Source of the DNA: Oculina patagonica | Taxonomy: Eukaryota | Assembly: GCF_052425735.1 (NCBI RefSeq) | Contig: NC_135764.1 | Location: 10,354,001-10,418,000 of the forward strand | Length of the DNA: 64,000 nt | Direction of reading: 5' to 3' | Shown here: positions 9,383-18,414 of the stretch, piece after piece | How the letters are laid out: each line of letters begins with the position of its first letter | Numbering within the stretch: position 1 is the first letter of the stretch | Notes under the pieces: model-generated | Database searches by the model: none | Told to the model about the DNA's origin: nothing | What the model saw: the letters and a program-made list of their open reading frames with translations, nothing else | Position numbers and translations under genes: made by a program

Positions 9383-9904
9383 TTATTTAACAACAAAAGT
9401 CTGGTACCATAACCAGAAAGCATGACATTCGGTCATTGGACAATGTCCTTCGTATAGATGAAAACCGCAACTAGGTAAAGGTTCTACAATTGTCTCTTTC
9501 AACACGTCGTATTTCGGACATCCGTACAGTTCTAAATTCACGCTAGGAATGTTCAGTTTGTTCAACAAGTCTCTTTCGACGTGTCCTCCCTTGTAAGCCA
9601 CCACGGTTCTCTCGGGGGTTTTGGTCTCCTCGTACAAATCCCACATCACCTCCTCCACCCTGTCATACTCGTAGGCCTTTTCTTCCTTTCTGGGTTGATA
9701 CGTCAGTCCGTGCACGTTGTATTTGACGTAAGACACGGTTTTTCTGTCTCTGGAAGATAAGTTGCACCACGACATTCTCATGTAGAAAGCATGGCGTCCG
9801 AACTTTTCTTGCCAAGTGTAATAACCCAACTCGCGTACTCGAAACGTCTTCTCCACAAAGTAACCTTCCAAGTCCAAGATCATGCACACGTTTTCCGGAG
9901 TCAT
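9383..9904 (-). CDS. DEDDh-fold 3'-5' exonuclease with ECHC-type Zn site (arenavirus NP exonuclease / Maelstrom-like)
   Basis: ILDLEG...VRELG, KYNVHGL, VAYKGGHVERDLL, SCGFH...GHCPMTEC; AATAAA overlaps the stop codon. Confidence 0.7.
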   Translation of the reverse strand: MTPENVCMILDLEGYFVEKTFRVRELGYYTWQEKFGRHAFYMRMSWCNLSSRDRKTVSYVKYNVHGLTYQPRKEEKAYEYDRVEEVMWDLYEETKTPERTVVAYKGGHVERDLLNKLNIPSVNLELYGCPKYDVLKETIVEPLPSCGFHLYEGHCPMTECHAFWLWYQTFVVK

Positions 9905-9969
9905 GCCAGAGCTAACTGCACTCTGATGCTTGACGTAGAAAATATATGAAAATGTTTAAACTGTAAATC

Positions 9970-10878
9970 TCAATGATCCAAATTAGGATATTGTTTCTGG
10001 GAAATGCATCTCAGATACAGTTGATTTCTCAGCATTTTCTCTTCATCCGAGTCGTACTTCACGCCAGCCAATTCCGGGGGAAGAATAATTTTCCCTTCTC
10101 CATCCACCCAAAACTTTTGCTCTTGACACTGTTTGACCAATGACTCGTCCAAGGGAAGATCACCAATCCAATCCTTGACCGGGGGTGGGTAGTGTTGTAC
10201 TTTGAAGGCGGGTCTCCCATCCAGAATTCGTTGCGGTCTATCCACCACGTCTTGTCCTCTTCTGGGGTATCCAAATTCGTCCCTAGAGTCCAGTCCAGAC
10301 CTTCTCGAGTAGAGGGGATCCTCGTTTCCCACATATTCCTTTCCTTCCAGCCAGGCTTTGATCTTGCCAAACGGAACACTGTCGGCCCATTGGAAGAACC
10401 GGCATTTCCCTTTTCTGCACTTCAAATAGATCCTGTTCGGGTTGCTCTCTGATTTCGACATGCTCAGAATGAGACTCTCGTTGCAGTAACATTTCATCTT
10501 ATCCATGTTCCAATAATAGTAAGCCGGTAATTGTTGATTGACCGCCACCACGTACTGGTCAATGTGGGCGCTACCGGTGCAAATGAAACAGATGGTGCCT
10601 TCGCTCGTGTGGGGGCAAAAGTAGAACTCCCATCCCCCGTCCGTCATTCTCTTGGTCAGCGGTTCTTTGTGGACGGGGCAAACCGGGTCGCGCTCCGTGT
10701 CGTCAAAGGTCTGTTGTAGGAACTGGTCGGGGTCGAAAATTTCACCCTCCTCCAACACTTCCTCTTTCAACTCCATCTTCTTCTTTGTAGGATGTCTCTT
10801 TTTACGGGGGACTTTGGGTTTCTTGGGGTTTCCAGTCCCTCTCCTCTGTCGCTTTTTTTGGGGTTCTGCTACGTCCAT
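9970..10878 (-). CDS. Nuclear zinc-finger protein: basic NLS, EEGEI motif, Cys/His finger and GRF-type zinc finger
   Basis: KKRQRR...PRKKRHPTKKK; LEEGEIFD; CPVH...FYFCP...CFIC; CYC-x13-NPNRIYLKC-x4-CRFFQWAD-type zf-GRF pattern. Confidence 0.75.
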   Translation of the reverse strand: MDVAEPQKKRQRRGTGNPKKPKVPRKKRHPTKKKMELKEEVLEEGEIFDPDQFLQQTFDDTERDPVCPVHKEPLTKRMTDGGWEFYFCPHTSEGTICFICTGSAHIDQYVVAVNQQLPAYYYWNMDKMKCYCNESLILSMSKSESNPNRIYLKCRKGKCRFFQWADSVPFGKIKAWLEGKEYVGNEDPLYSRRSGLDSRDEFGYPRRGQDVVDRPQRILDGRPAFKVQHYPPPVKDWIGDLPLDESLVKQCQEQKFWVDGEGKIILPPELAGVKYDSDEEKMLRNQLYLRCISQKQYPNLDH

Positions 10879-10926
10879 GGTGCTCTCGATGCTCCAACTG
10901 AGGACTAACAGGAGACAACACGGTGC

Positions 10927-11040
10927 TTTTATACTTTACTCTCGGATGACGTCAATACGCACGAACCAACCAGAGAGGTAACACGTGACCTCTTCCGACC
11001 AACCGGCAATGACCCAGGTGACGTCATCCAACGTATAAAA
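10927..11040. promoter_or_regulatory. Compact bidirectional promoter between the leftward and rightward gene blocks
   Basis: TATAAAA on - (10933-10927) and on + (11034-11040), enclosing TGACGTCA (10947, 11019) and CACGTG (10982). Divergent ATGs at 10878 and 11077. Confidence 0.7.
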
Positions 11041-11076
11041 AGAGCTGCGCGTCCATTTGTCGACTCAGTTGTAGCG

Positions 11077-11352
11077 ATGGAAAGCACAGACAGCGATTCC
11101 AGCCAAACTCAAACTCAAACCCCACAAGTCAACGGTGTCTTTGTACAAGGAGATCCCAAGGACTGGGAACCATTGCCTTACTATAGGGATCTAAAAAGGG
11201 GCGATTATCAATCGGACGAAGATTACCTATTGGAGCGCGCGAAACGTGGCATGGAAGCAGGCTACACGTTTATGCAGTGTCAAGAACATTGGATGTGCGA
11301 TCTGGAGAGTGCATTATACAAAGGTTCGGCCGAAGCAAGCCAAGAGCAGTGA
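11077..11352 (+). CDS. Hypothetical acidic protein (91 aa)
   Basis: First ATG after the TATA box, good initiation context (GCGATGG), tightly packed against the next ORF. Confidence 0.65.
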   Translation: MESTDSDSSQTQTQTPQVNGVFVQGDPKDWEPLPYYRDLKRGDYQSDEDYLLERAKRGMEAGYTFMQCQEHWMCDLESALYKGSAEASQEQ

Positions 11353-11353
11353 C

Positions 11354-12124
11354 ATGGGTACGAGAGAAAACTGGCTGGACCTGGAACAACGACTCTTCTA
11401 CACCAATTGTACAAAGCTAGAAAAAAAGATCCAGACCGACACGGGAATCACTGTGTTGTCGTTAGACTATCCCACCACCATACCCGAAAACATTCCAAGG
11501 AGAGTCTATGTCTTCGAGGACATGGTGAAAGAGCGCGGGTGTGCCAAGAACCGCGTCACCGAAAGTGAATGGCTCAAAGAGAACCCTCACTGGAAGGGAG
11601 CCGTGATGGCGACCATCAAAGACATTGGGCACGGTTATCTCTGGGATAGACATTGGAATGAATTTGTCTACGTGCCATTGCAGCGAGCCTTTTTCTTCGT
11701 GACGTCTCGCAAACCGCCGCCCATTGGCATCGGCGTCTCGTTCTGGTTGAACGCGAACGTCTGCGACTTTGACGACCGGAGTGGTTTAGAAGATCTCATC
11801 GCACCGTTGAGAGCGAGTGTAGCCCTAGGCCAGACATTGTCTGCCTACTTGAAACAACCTATCACGGTCGACGCAAACACGTACGAAGAACTGTGCAACC
11901 AACTGGCAACTCAAGTAAAATTGCAACGCCTAGAAAGCAATCGCTGGCAAGAAATAGCGGATAGATTGTTAGACAGAGATCTCTGCAACCGTTGCGCCAT
12001 GGATAAAGATGAAGCTTACCTGGGCGACGACTACCAAAAAGCCAAACTGTGGAGACCTAGAAGTTGCGAAACTTGTACAAAATCTTTTGATAACATATTT
12101 ATTGATGCAGGCTATTTAAATTGA
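11354..12124 (+). CDS. Hypothetical protein (~256 aa) with a C-terminal CxxC...CxxC motif
   Basis: ATG 1 nt after the upstream stop; CNRC...CETC; AATAAA at ~12134. Confidence 0.7.
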   Translation: MGTRENWLDLEQRLFYTNCTKLEKKIQTDTGITVLSLDYPTTIPENIPRRVYVFEDMVKERGCAKNRVTESEWLKENPHWKGAVMATIKDIGHGYLWDRHWNEFVYVPLQRAFFFVTSRKPPPIGIGVSFWLNANVCDFDDRSGLEDLIAPLRASVALGQTLSAYLKQPITVDANTYEELCNQLATQVKLQRLESNRWQEIADRLLDRDLCNRCAMDKDEAYLGDDYQKAKLWRPRSCETCTKSFDNIFIDAGYLN

Positions 12125-12151
12125 CGTTGTATAAATAAAAGTTCATTTGTC

Positions 12152-12463
12152 ATGGATCTGTATGGAAAGTGGGAGTGGTTGAAAAGATTGTGCGAGAAAG
12201 CGTATGCTGAATTTGGGAGGGGTATAGATATACCGGAAGATACGAGTGACTCCCCCTTGAGAGTGTTCGAAGCCACCCACATAGAACAAAACTATTTCAG
12301 ATTGATACCGTTTATATTATGGTTGAGACATTTCAAGGATCCAGCCGAGCTGTTTGCTTCTATTTACAAACTTCATCCGACCACGATCGAAGAGGCAGCT
12401 CATAAATTACACGTCACTTATATGAGGGTGGTCAGAGCGTCGTCGACATGCCAAAGAAGCTGA
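12152..12463 (+). CDS. Hypothetical protein (103 aa)
   Basis: ATG-initiated ORF filling the gap before the integrase and overlapping its start. Confidence 0.55.
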   Translation: MDLYGKWEWLKRLCEKAYAEFGRGIDIPEDTSDSPLRVFEATHIEQNYFRLIPFILWLRHFKDPAELFASIYKLHPTTIEEAAHKLHVTYMRVVRASSTCQRS

Positions 12464-13527
12464 AAAAGGATGAGAAGATACTTTTGGACTACCACGATCC
12501 CAGTCAACCGGGTAGCTTGGGCGGGATAACAAGATTCGCCAAAACGCACAAGATATCTGTCGACACAGCCAAAAAAGTATTGGAGCGCGATTTGGGTTAT
12601 ACCCTTCACAAACCGCGCAGACGTCGTTTCGCCACGTTACCGGTCCTGGTGTTTAATGTCGACCAACAGTGGGTAGCAGATTTAGTGGAAACGCAACCGT
12701 TGTCCAAATACAACAAGGGTCACAGATATCTACTCAACGTGATCGACGTCTTGTCTAAATATGCCTGGGTGGAACCCCTAAAAGACAAGACGGGAAAAAC
12801 GGTGTCGGACGCCTTTGCCAAGATTTTGAAACGAGCCGATGGACGCAAACCTCAGAACCTACAGACCGACGACGGGAAAGAATTTTACAACAAGACGTTT
12901 GCCGCGTTGATGAAACGGGAAGGCATCCACCACTTTTCCACGGCCGGAGATACCAAAGCCAGCATCGTGGAACGCTTCAACCGCACTCTCAAGGAACGCA
13001 TGTACCGATACTTTACCGCCAAGAACACGCTCAGTTACCTACCTGTACTCCAGGCCTTGGTGAGAGGGTACAACGGATCCCACCATCGTAGCATCGGCAC
13101 CAGCCCCGAGAAAGTGAATGCGAGCAACGAAGGAAAAGTGTGGGAACGTCTGTACGCGAAGAGGTTGTCGTCGCGTAAAAGAGAACGAAAAACCCCGCTA
13201 AAAGTAGGAGAACGCGTGAGATTGAACAAGAAATTTCGCACGTTCGAGAAAGGGTATTTACCCGGCTGGACCGAAGAAGTGTTTGTGATACGAGAGGTGC
13301 TTCGGGGACCACCCGTCACGACTTACAAGATCCAAGAGTTGGACGACACCCCCCTTCGCGGTACGTTTTACAAGGAAGATCTACAAAAAGTCGCAGTGTC
13401 CGACGACGATGTCTTCAGGGTGGACAAGATCGTCAAACGAAAAGGAAATAAAGTCTTGGTGCACTGGAAAGGCTGGCCAGACAAGTACGACAGCTGGATC
13501 GAGAAGACGGCTCTAAAAAAATCATGA
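12448..13527 (+). CDS. int: Retroviral-like (rve) integrase with a C-terminal chromodomain
   Basis: QWVADL, VIDVLSKYAW, LQTDDGKEF, VERFNRTLK (DDE); chromodomain FRVDKIV...VHWKGWPDKYDSWI. Confidence 0.96.
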   Translation: MPKKLKKDEKILLDYHDPSQPGSLGGITRFAKTHKISVDTAKKVLERDLGYTLHKPRRRRFATLPVLVFNVDQQWVADLVETQPLSKYNKGHRYLLNVIDVLSKYAWVEPLKDKTGKTVSDAFAKILKRADGRKPQNLQTDDGKEFYNKTFAALMKREGIHHFSTAGDTKASIVERFNRTLKERMYRYFTAKNTLSYLPVLQALVRGYNGSHHRSIGTSPEKVNASNEGKVWERLYAKRLSSRKRERKTPLKVGERVRLNKKFRTFEKGYLPGWTEEVFVIREVLRGPPVTTYKIQELDDTPLRGTFYKEDLQKVAVSDDDVFRVDKIVKRKGNKVLVHWKGWPDKYDSWIEKTALKKS

Positions 13528-14555
13528 GCCACGAGGAAGGATTTTACGTCACGTTACCCAGTCACAGCAGCGGAACCGAGTTTCCAGAGAATAGAGCAAA
13601 CTCTTTCAAGGTGCGATTACCTCACCCGCTACGATTGGAAGGAACCGGTTGGAAAGTGGGATTGAGTAGCATTTCCGTGCCAGATGCCAGCATCGACTTA
13701 ACTCGCTTTAAGTCGTTCAAGTTTCCTCTCTTGAGTGCTCAGTGGATGCTCAAGCGCAAAGACAACGAGGGTCGCGTGCAAAGCAAGTCGGTGACCACCG
13801 ATCTGACGTTCCAGGACATTCTATATGACGACAACATCGTGGATGGCCTCAGTTTCATGAAAGCCCTGGTCTTCAAGTTCGATCAAGTCAAAGAATACAA
13901 GCGTATCGTGGGAGACTTGACCAAGTCGCCCGATAATGGAAAGCAGTGGGAATATACGTTCAAGTGGGAAGGTGAAGAACTAGTCCTCGACAACTCGAAC
14001 TTGGACGTCTCGGAAGTGAAAACTGAAGGCGTCCCATATTACATGTCTTTCAACGAGGATTTGGCCTTTGACATGGGATGGGTAAAAAAGGACGAGAAAG
14101 AAAACGTGTTTCTCGGGCCGAACCTGAAGCCGGAATGCCACCACGCTACGATACCCGATCCCATAGACGTGGATGATTTTGGAGAGGGCAAGAAAAATTT
14201 CTGGGTTGTTGAGAATGGACAGCTTTTCTTGAGTTGCTATTGTAACTGGCGCTTTGTGAAACTCAACAGAGCCTTCCAAAAAGTGATTGGAGATGCATCG
14301 CGTACGCTTTTCGTTTACTCAGATGTGGGTGGTAGTTCCGTTGTGGGAAATCAAGTCACGGATCTGTTGCGGGAAATTCACTTTCAACGTGAAGGAAAAG
14401 GTATCAAGTACTTTGAACCTCTCCACATACAATATATTCCACTCCGCAACCAGATCGTGGACATTATTGAAACGCAAGTGAGCGAGACTACAGGTAAACT
14501 GGTGGATTTTGGCGAAGGCAACACGATCGTGACCTTACATATCAAGCGAACATGA
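13524..14555 (+). CDS. Minor capsid protein (penton; Polinton PX-like)
   Basis: N-terminus FYVTLPS...FPEN...FKVRLP...WKVGLSSI and C-terminus LFVYSD...VGNQVTDLLR...YIPL...VTLH, typical of Maverick pentons. Confidence 0.85.
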   Translation: MSHEEGFYVTLPSHSSGTEFPENRANSFKVRLPHPLRLEGTGWKVGLSSISVPDASIDLTRFKSFKFPLLSAQWMLKRKDNEGRVQSKSVTTDLTFQDILYDDNIVDGLSFMKALVFKFDQVKEYKRIVGDLTKSPDNGKQWEYTFKWEGEELVLDNSNLDVSEVKTEGVPYYMSFNEDLAFDMGWVKKDEKENVFLGPNLKPECHHATIPDPIDVDDFGEGKKNFWVVENGQLFLSCYCNWRFVKLNRAFQKVIGDASRTLFVYSDVGGSSVVGNQVTDLLREIHFQREGKGIKYFEPLHIQYIPLRNQIVDIIETQVSETTGKLVDFGEGNTIVTLHIKRT

Positions 14556-14809
14556 GAGGCGGTGCCCTGACGCGTTTCACACCGGATCCTCCACCTCAAG
14601 AGGGGAACGGATTTTTGGCCGACATCGTGAGAGAGTCTCTCGGTGGAGCCGTGAGAGGATTTAAGAGTGGGCGCGGCGTCGCGGACCGCATTCGTAAAGC
14701 GGGTCAAGGAGCCAAGAGTGGTCCTAAACGAGTCGTGAAACGCAAACTGAAAAACGTCATAGAACGAAACGTCAAGAGAAAACTGAACGACATCTTTGGC
14801 GAAAAATGA
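14552..14809 (+). CDS. Small basic virion-type protein with QEGNG motif and amphipathic helix
   Basis: QEGNG-FLADIVRESLGGAVRGFK; ATGA overlaps at both ends. Confidence 0.7.
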   Translation: MRGGALTRFTPDPPPQEGNGFLADIVRESLGGAVRGFKSGRGVADRIRKAGQGAKSGPKRVVKRKLKNVIERNVKRKLNDIFGEK

Positions 14810-15042
14810 ATCCCGTTTACTCGCGATCGTCCAGACTGGTCCGATCCAAACGCGCCCCCGTCAGACAGCGGGGAGAAGGATTCTCACTGGCACTTTTGAA
14901 CCAGGCCTTGTTGGGACAAAAGAGGCGACGACGAAAAGTACAAAAGGGCGGGTGGATAGGTCCCGAGGTCAGAAAGCCTCCTGGCTACGACTGGATACAG
15001 ACCTTACGGAAGCGCAGTGGAAGAAGGAAGAGAAGACGATGA
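14806..15042 (+). CDS. Small Arg-rich core-type protein with QRGEG and QKGG motifs
   Basis: RQRGEG-FSLALL and VQKGG-WIG; ATGA overlaps at both ends. Confidence 0.65.
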   Translation: MNPVYSRSSRLVRSKRAPVRQRGEGFSLALLNQALLGQKRRRRKVQKGGWIGPEVRKPPGYDWIQTLRKRSGRRKRRR

Positions 15043-16442
15043 CCGAAACCATCTCGAGCGCCTACCCGCAGTCGAGACGCGAGGCCAATCCTCGATTGGA
15101 TCTATTCGCCGTACCACCGACAGACGTCAGCGTCTCGTCGTATCGGATGGTCCCCGTTCAGACCTACACCACAGGCATCAATCCGGTGGAGTTTCAGATC
15201 GACCCCCAAGAAGATTACATCGATCTCAGCCGTAGCTTTTTCGAGGTAGAATTGCAACTGAAGAAAGACAACGATGAGAACGTGGCAGCTGCCGACAAGC
15301 TGTGGCCCGTCAACAATCTAGCCCATTCTCTGTTCAAGCAAATCAGCGTGCGTCTCAACGGTACTCTCATCAGTCCCCAGACGGACACGTACCATTACAG
15401 AGCCTTCTTGGAAACGTTGCTGAATTACGACAGGCGTGATGGAGAAACCATCTTGAAACCTCAAGGATGGTACAATCATATCGATTTCCCAGCCACGTGG
15501 ACGGACAATAACACGAACACTGCAGCCAACGCTGGAGCTGGACACGCAGACTATGTAGCCCTGACCACCAATCACAAGGAGGCTCTCAAGAACTCTAAAG
15601 CAGAACAAGCCAATTACACGGAAGGCAAGCGACACGTGTTGCGTTTCAAACCCCTCATCGAAGTGTTTCATCTGAGCAAGTTGTTGGTACCCAGAGTGCA
15701 GATAGGAATACAGATGTACTTCAATTCTCCCGACGTGTTCTTGAACGGAGTGGGTCTGGCAGGAAAGTTGACGGCCGAGGAAGTCAAAGTTCGAATGTAC
15801 CTGTGTCAAGTGCGTCTCAATCCCACGACGTACAGGAGACTGATGGATGAGATGACCACCAAGAGTCAAGTGGTGAGTTACCCGACCGTGAGAAGCGAGA
15901 TTCGGACCTTCAACATGCAGGGAGATCAACGACGGTACGAATGCACCAACTTGTTCCAAGGAAGAATTCCCAACCGCGTGATCGTGGGTATGGTACTGTC
16001 CACAGCCTTCACCGGGAACGTGGTCAACGATCCCTTCTGTTTTCAGAAGTTTGGAATGAGCAGCATAAAACAACTCGTGGGAGGAGAAGAGTATCCTTAC
16101 GAGACGCTAGAACTGGTTCACAACGATGCCACCAAAGATCTCAGAGGGTACCACCGTTTCTTGCAAGCCACCGGATGTCTGTGCAAGCAGCAAGGAAACA
16201 TGGTGAGAGGTGACGATTGGGGACAAGGAAAGAATTGCACGTTGTTCGTGTTCGACAACGTGGCCAATGGATGCGTGGACAGTTACAGGATGAACCCCAA
16301 GCAAGCCGGAAATCTACTAATAGAGCTGAACTTTGGAGCCAACCCAGCTGTGAACTTGACCATCATCGTGTACGGAGAGTTTGAGAATCTCTTGGAGATA
16401 GACAAGAACAAAGCCGTGTTGTACGACGTGTACCAGCGTTAG
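15039..16442 (+). CDS. Major capsid protein (double jelly-roll; Polinton PY-like), 467 aa
   Basis: LDLFAVPPT, YIDLSRS, NNLAHSLFKQISVRLNG, YRAFLETLL, IPNRVIVGMV...AFTG...DPFCF. The ATG at 15039 overlaps the upstream TGA. Confidence 0.92.
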   Translation: MTETISSAYPQSRREANPRLDLFAVPPTDVSVSSYRMVPVQTYTTGINPVEFQIDPQEDYIDLSRSFFEVELQLKKDNDENVAAADKLWPVNNLAHSLFKQISVRLNGTLISPQTDTYHYRAFLETLLNYDRRDGETILKPQGWYNHIDFPATWTDNNTNTAANAGAGHADYVALTTNHKEALKNSKAEQANYTEGKRHVLRFKPLIEVFHLSKLLVPRVQIGIQMYFNSPDVFLNGVGLAGKLTAEEVKVRMYLCQVRLNPTTYRRLMDEMTTKSQVVSYPTVRSEIRTFNMQGDQRRYECTNLFQGRIPNRVIVGMVLSTAFTGNVVNDPFCFQKFGMSSIKQLVGGEEYPYETLELVHNDATKDLRGYHRFLQATGCLCKQQGNMVRGDDWGQGKNCTLFVFDNVANGCVDSYRMNPKQAGNLLIELNFGANPAVNLTIIVYGEFENLLEIDKNKAVLYDVYQR

Positions 16443-16444
16443 TG

Positions 16445-17014
16445 ATGGAGAAAGTGACTTTGAATAACGTGCAATTGGATCAGTTGGCCAGACATCACCC
16501 GTCGTTGAAGCCTTACTTTTACGGGACGGTGGCCTGCGATCGATTACCTCGCAAACCACTCAAGACGGAAGCCCGCGGGTACATCGTCAACACCGATCCT
16601 CACTACATGCGCGGTCGGCATTGGATCGCGCTGTGGACGAATGGAAACGTGTGCGAAGTATTGGACAGTTACGCCTTACCCCTAGAAGTGTACCAGACGG
16701 CGCAACCGTTGCAAGATTGGTTGGACGATCATTGGAAGTACGTGGAGCGCAACGGACAGAGTCTACAATCGTTGTACAGTCAGAGCTGCGGCGATTACGC
16801 GTTGATGTATCTCATCGATAGGGCCGAAAGACGTAGCATGAGTCAATTCGAAGCGAGATTCAAGAAACACGATTACGTGTACAATGATCATAAAGTTGGG
16901 CAAATGTTGAAGCAATTGATCTCGAAGGAAAGGTCGTGGCACAAAATTTGTAAGATGGAATACCATCAGGATTGTGAACCGTCTCTCTGCGGTGTAAGAC
17001 ACTTGTTGTTGTGA
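16445..17014 (+). CDS. Adenain-like cysteine maturation protease
   Basis: YIVNTD...GRHWIAL (His), LDSY (Asp), LQSLYSQSCGDY (Gln/Cys); AATAAA signals at 17022-17045. Confidence 0.92.
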   Translation: MEKVTLNNVQLDQLARHHPSLKPYFYGTVACDRLPRKPLKTEARGYIVNTDPHYMRGRHWIALWTNGNVCEVLDSYALPLEVYQTAQPLQDWLDDHWKYVERNGQSLQSLYSQSCGDYALMYLIDRAERRSMSQFEARFKKHDYVYNDHKVGQMLKQLISKERSWHKICKMEYHQDCEPSLCGVRHLLL

Positions 17015-17146
17015 GATGACAAATAAAAACGTTGAAATAAATAAGGTGTGTGTCGTCTGTCGCTCGGGAGATCGGGATTCGTTGCAGACTTTTTTTCTGC
17101 AACATGCTTATATCATTGCTCGTTTTTTGACGAATGTCATTTCGCC

Positions 17147-17812
17147 ATGGAGCGCGGTGAAGCCTTTAGCTTTCGGATGCCCTCTAGCATTTTGATCGTG
17201 GGCCCCTCTAGCTGCGGAAAGACTTGTTTTACCGAGTCGGTACTTTTGAATCACTCAAAAGAGTTGTTTAGTACACCCCCTGAGACCATTCATTACTGTT
17301 TTGGGGCTTGGCAAGACGGTTTCGCGAACATGAAAAAGCGAGGCGTGAAATTTCACGAAGGGATTCCCGAAGAAGTAGATTTGACCAAATGGTTTCCCCG
17401 TGGAGGGGTGATGGTATTGGACGATCTGATGGAAGAAGGAGGAAACGACAAGAGAGTATTGGATCTGTTCACCAAACTTTCCCACCACAGGAACATCACC
17501 GTCCTGTACTTGTGTCAAGACATGTTTCCGCCGGGAAAATACGCCAAGAGCATTTCTCGAAATGCGCATTACATCGTGGCTTTCAAGAACCCTCGCGATC
17601 AATTGGGCATGAGGAATTTACTGTTACAAGCGTTTCCCTCCCGATGGCAAGATGTGATGGACGTCTACACCAAGACGACGGAAAGACCCTTTGGTTACAT
17701 GGTATTGGATCTACACCCTGCCAGTGGCGACGACAGACGGATTTTTAGCCACCTCTTAAAAGGCGAGGGATGCATGAGATGTTACAGATTCGTTCGAGAT
17801 GTTCGTACGTAA
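17147..17812 (+). CDS. FtsK/A32-like genome packaging ATPase
   Basis: Walker A GPSSCGKT, Walker B MVLDD, SHHRNITVLYLCQ, SRNAHYIVAFKNPRD. Confidence 0.93.
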   Translation: MERGEAFSFRMPSSILIVGPSSCGKTCFTESVLLNHSKELFSTPPETIHYCFGAWQDGFANMKKRGVKFHEGIPEEVDLTKWFPRGGVMVLDDLMEEGGNDKRVLDLFTKLSHHRNITVLYLCQDMFPPGKYAKSISRNAHYIVAFKNPRDQLGMRNLLLQAFPSRWQDVMDVYTKTTERPFGYMVLDLHPASGDDRRIFSHLLKGEGCMRCYRFVRDVRT

Positions 17813-18038
17813 CGATCACGTGTGGCTCGTGTTCTTGGACTTGTGCAGTCGTCATTTCGAGCGTATGAGAGAAGAGGACATGGACTACGACGCCATGCAA
17901 ACCGTGCTACATTTGGCCGAAAAGCGACAGATGTGGAAATTCGTGAGAGAATATAACGAGACTTACTTCAGCGAATTGATCCAGACATTAGAAGAGAGAG
18001 CTAGAAAGACATGTCAAGACATTCGCCAGCAGGAGTAG
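17799..18038 (+). CDS. Hypothetical protein (79 aa)
   Basis: ATG ORF overlapping both neighbours in the packed rightward block. Confidence 0.55.
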   Translation: MFVRNDHVWLVFLDLCSRHFERMREEDMDYDAMQTVLHLAEKRQMWKFVREYNETYFSELIQTLEERARKTCQDIRQQE

Positions 18039-18412
18039 GAACCAGTCCTAGTGCCATTCCGATCGTCAACGTCAACCGAGGGGGATTGAAACAGACATTG
18101 GATCGAATCGACCCCATAGTCCTAAGACGGTACTTGGATCAATTACCGTCTCCTGCAGTGGGTACGGGGACTTTGAGACCTTCTTCCTCGAGGTCCAACG
18201 TACCTGCAGGTCAAGGAACGCTAACGGGTGGTCCACACCAATTGAATCAAGACGACATGCAACGTCAATTGCAAATGCTGTTCAACGATCAACGTCAAGT
18301 GGCGGCTGGACGTCGCATCGCAGGCATCACCACGACAAACACCATCACTACGACCTATAAAGACGGGGGACGACCGACCGTTCGTCGTACCTCGACGAGA
18401 GTGAGCCATTAA
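18011..18412 (+). CDS. Hypothetical protein (133 aa), Thr/Arg-rich C-terminus
   Basis: ATG ORF in the packed block; ATTAAA at the stop. Confidence 0.6.
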   Translation: MSRHSPAGVGTSPSAIPIVNVNRGGLKQTLDRIDPIVLRRYLDQLPSPAVGTGTLRPSSSRSNVPAGQGTLTGGPHQLNQDDMQRQLQMLFNDQRQVAAGRRIAGITTTNTITTTYKDGGRPTVRRTSTRVSH

Positions 18413-18414
18413 AG

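Noticed and set aside
8624-9423. Paired similar ORFs in the AT-rich island
   Set aside because: Their similarity comes from the DNA repeat; frames are not kept between units.
14796-15038. 81-aa N-terminal extension of the MCP in the ORF track
   Set aside because: It starts at TTG and overlaps a more plausible small ORF; the ATG at 15039 fits the ATGA pattern and the usual MCP N-terminus.
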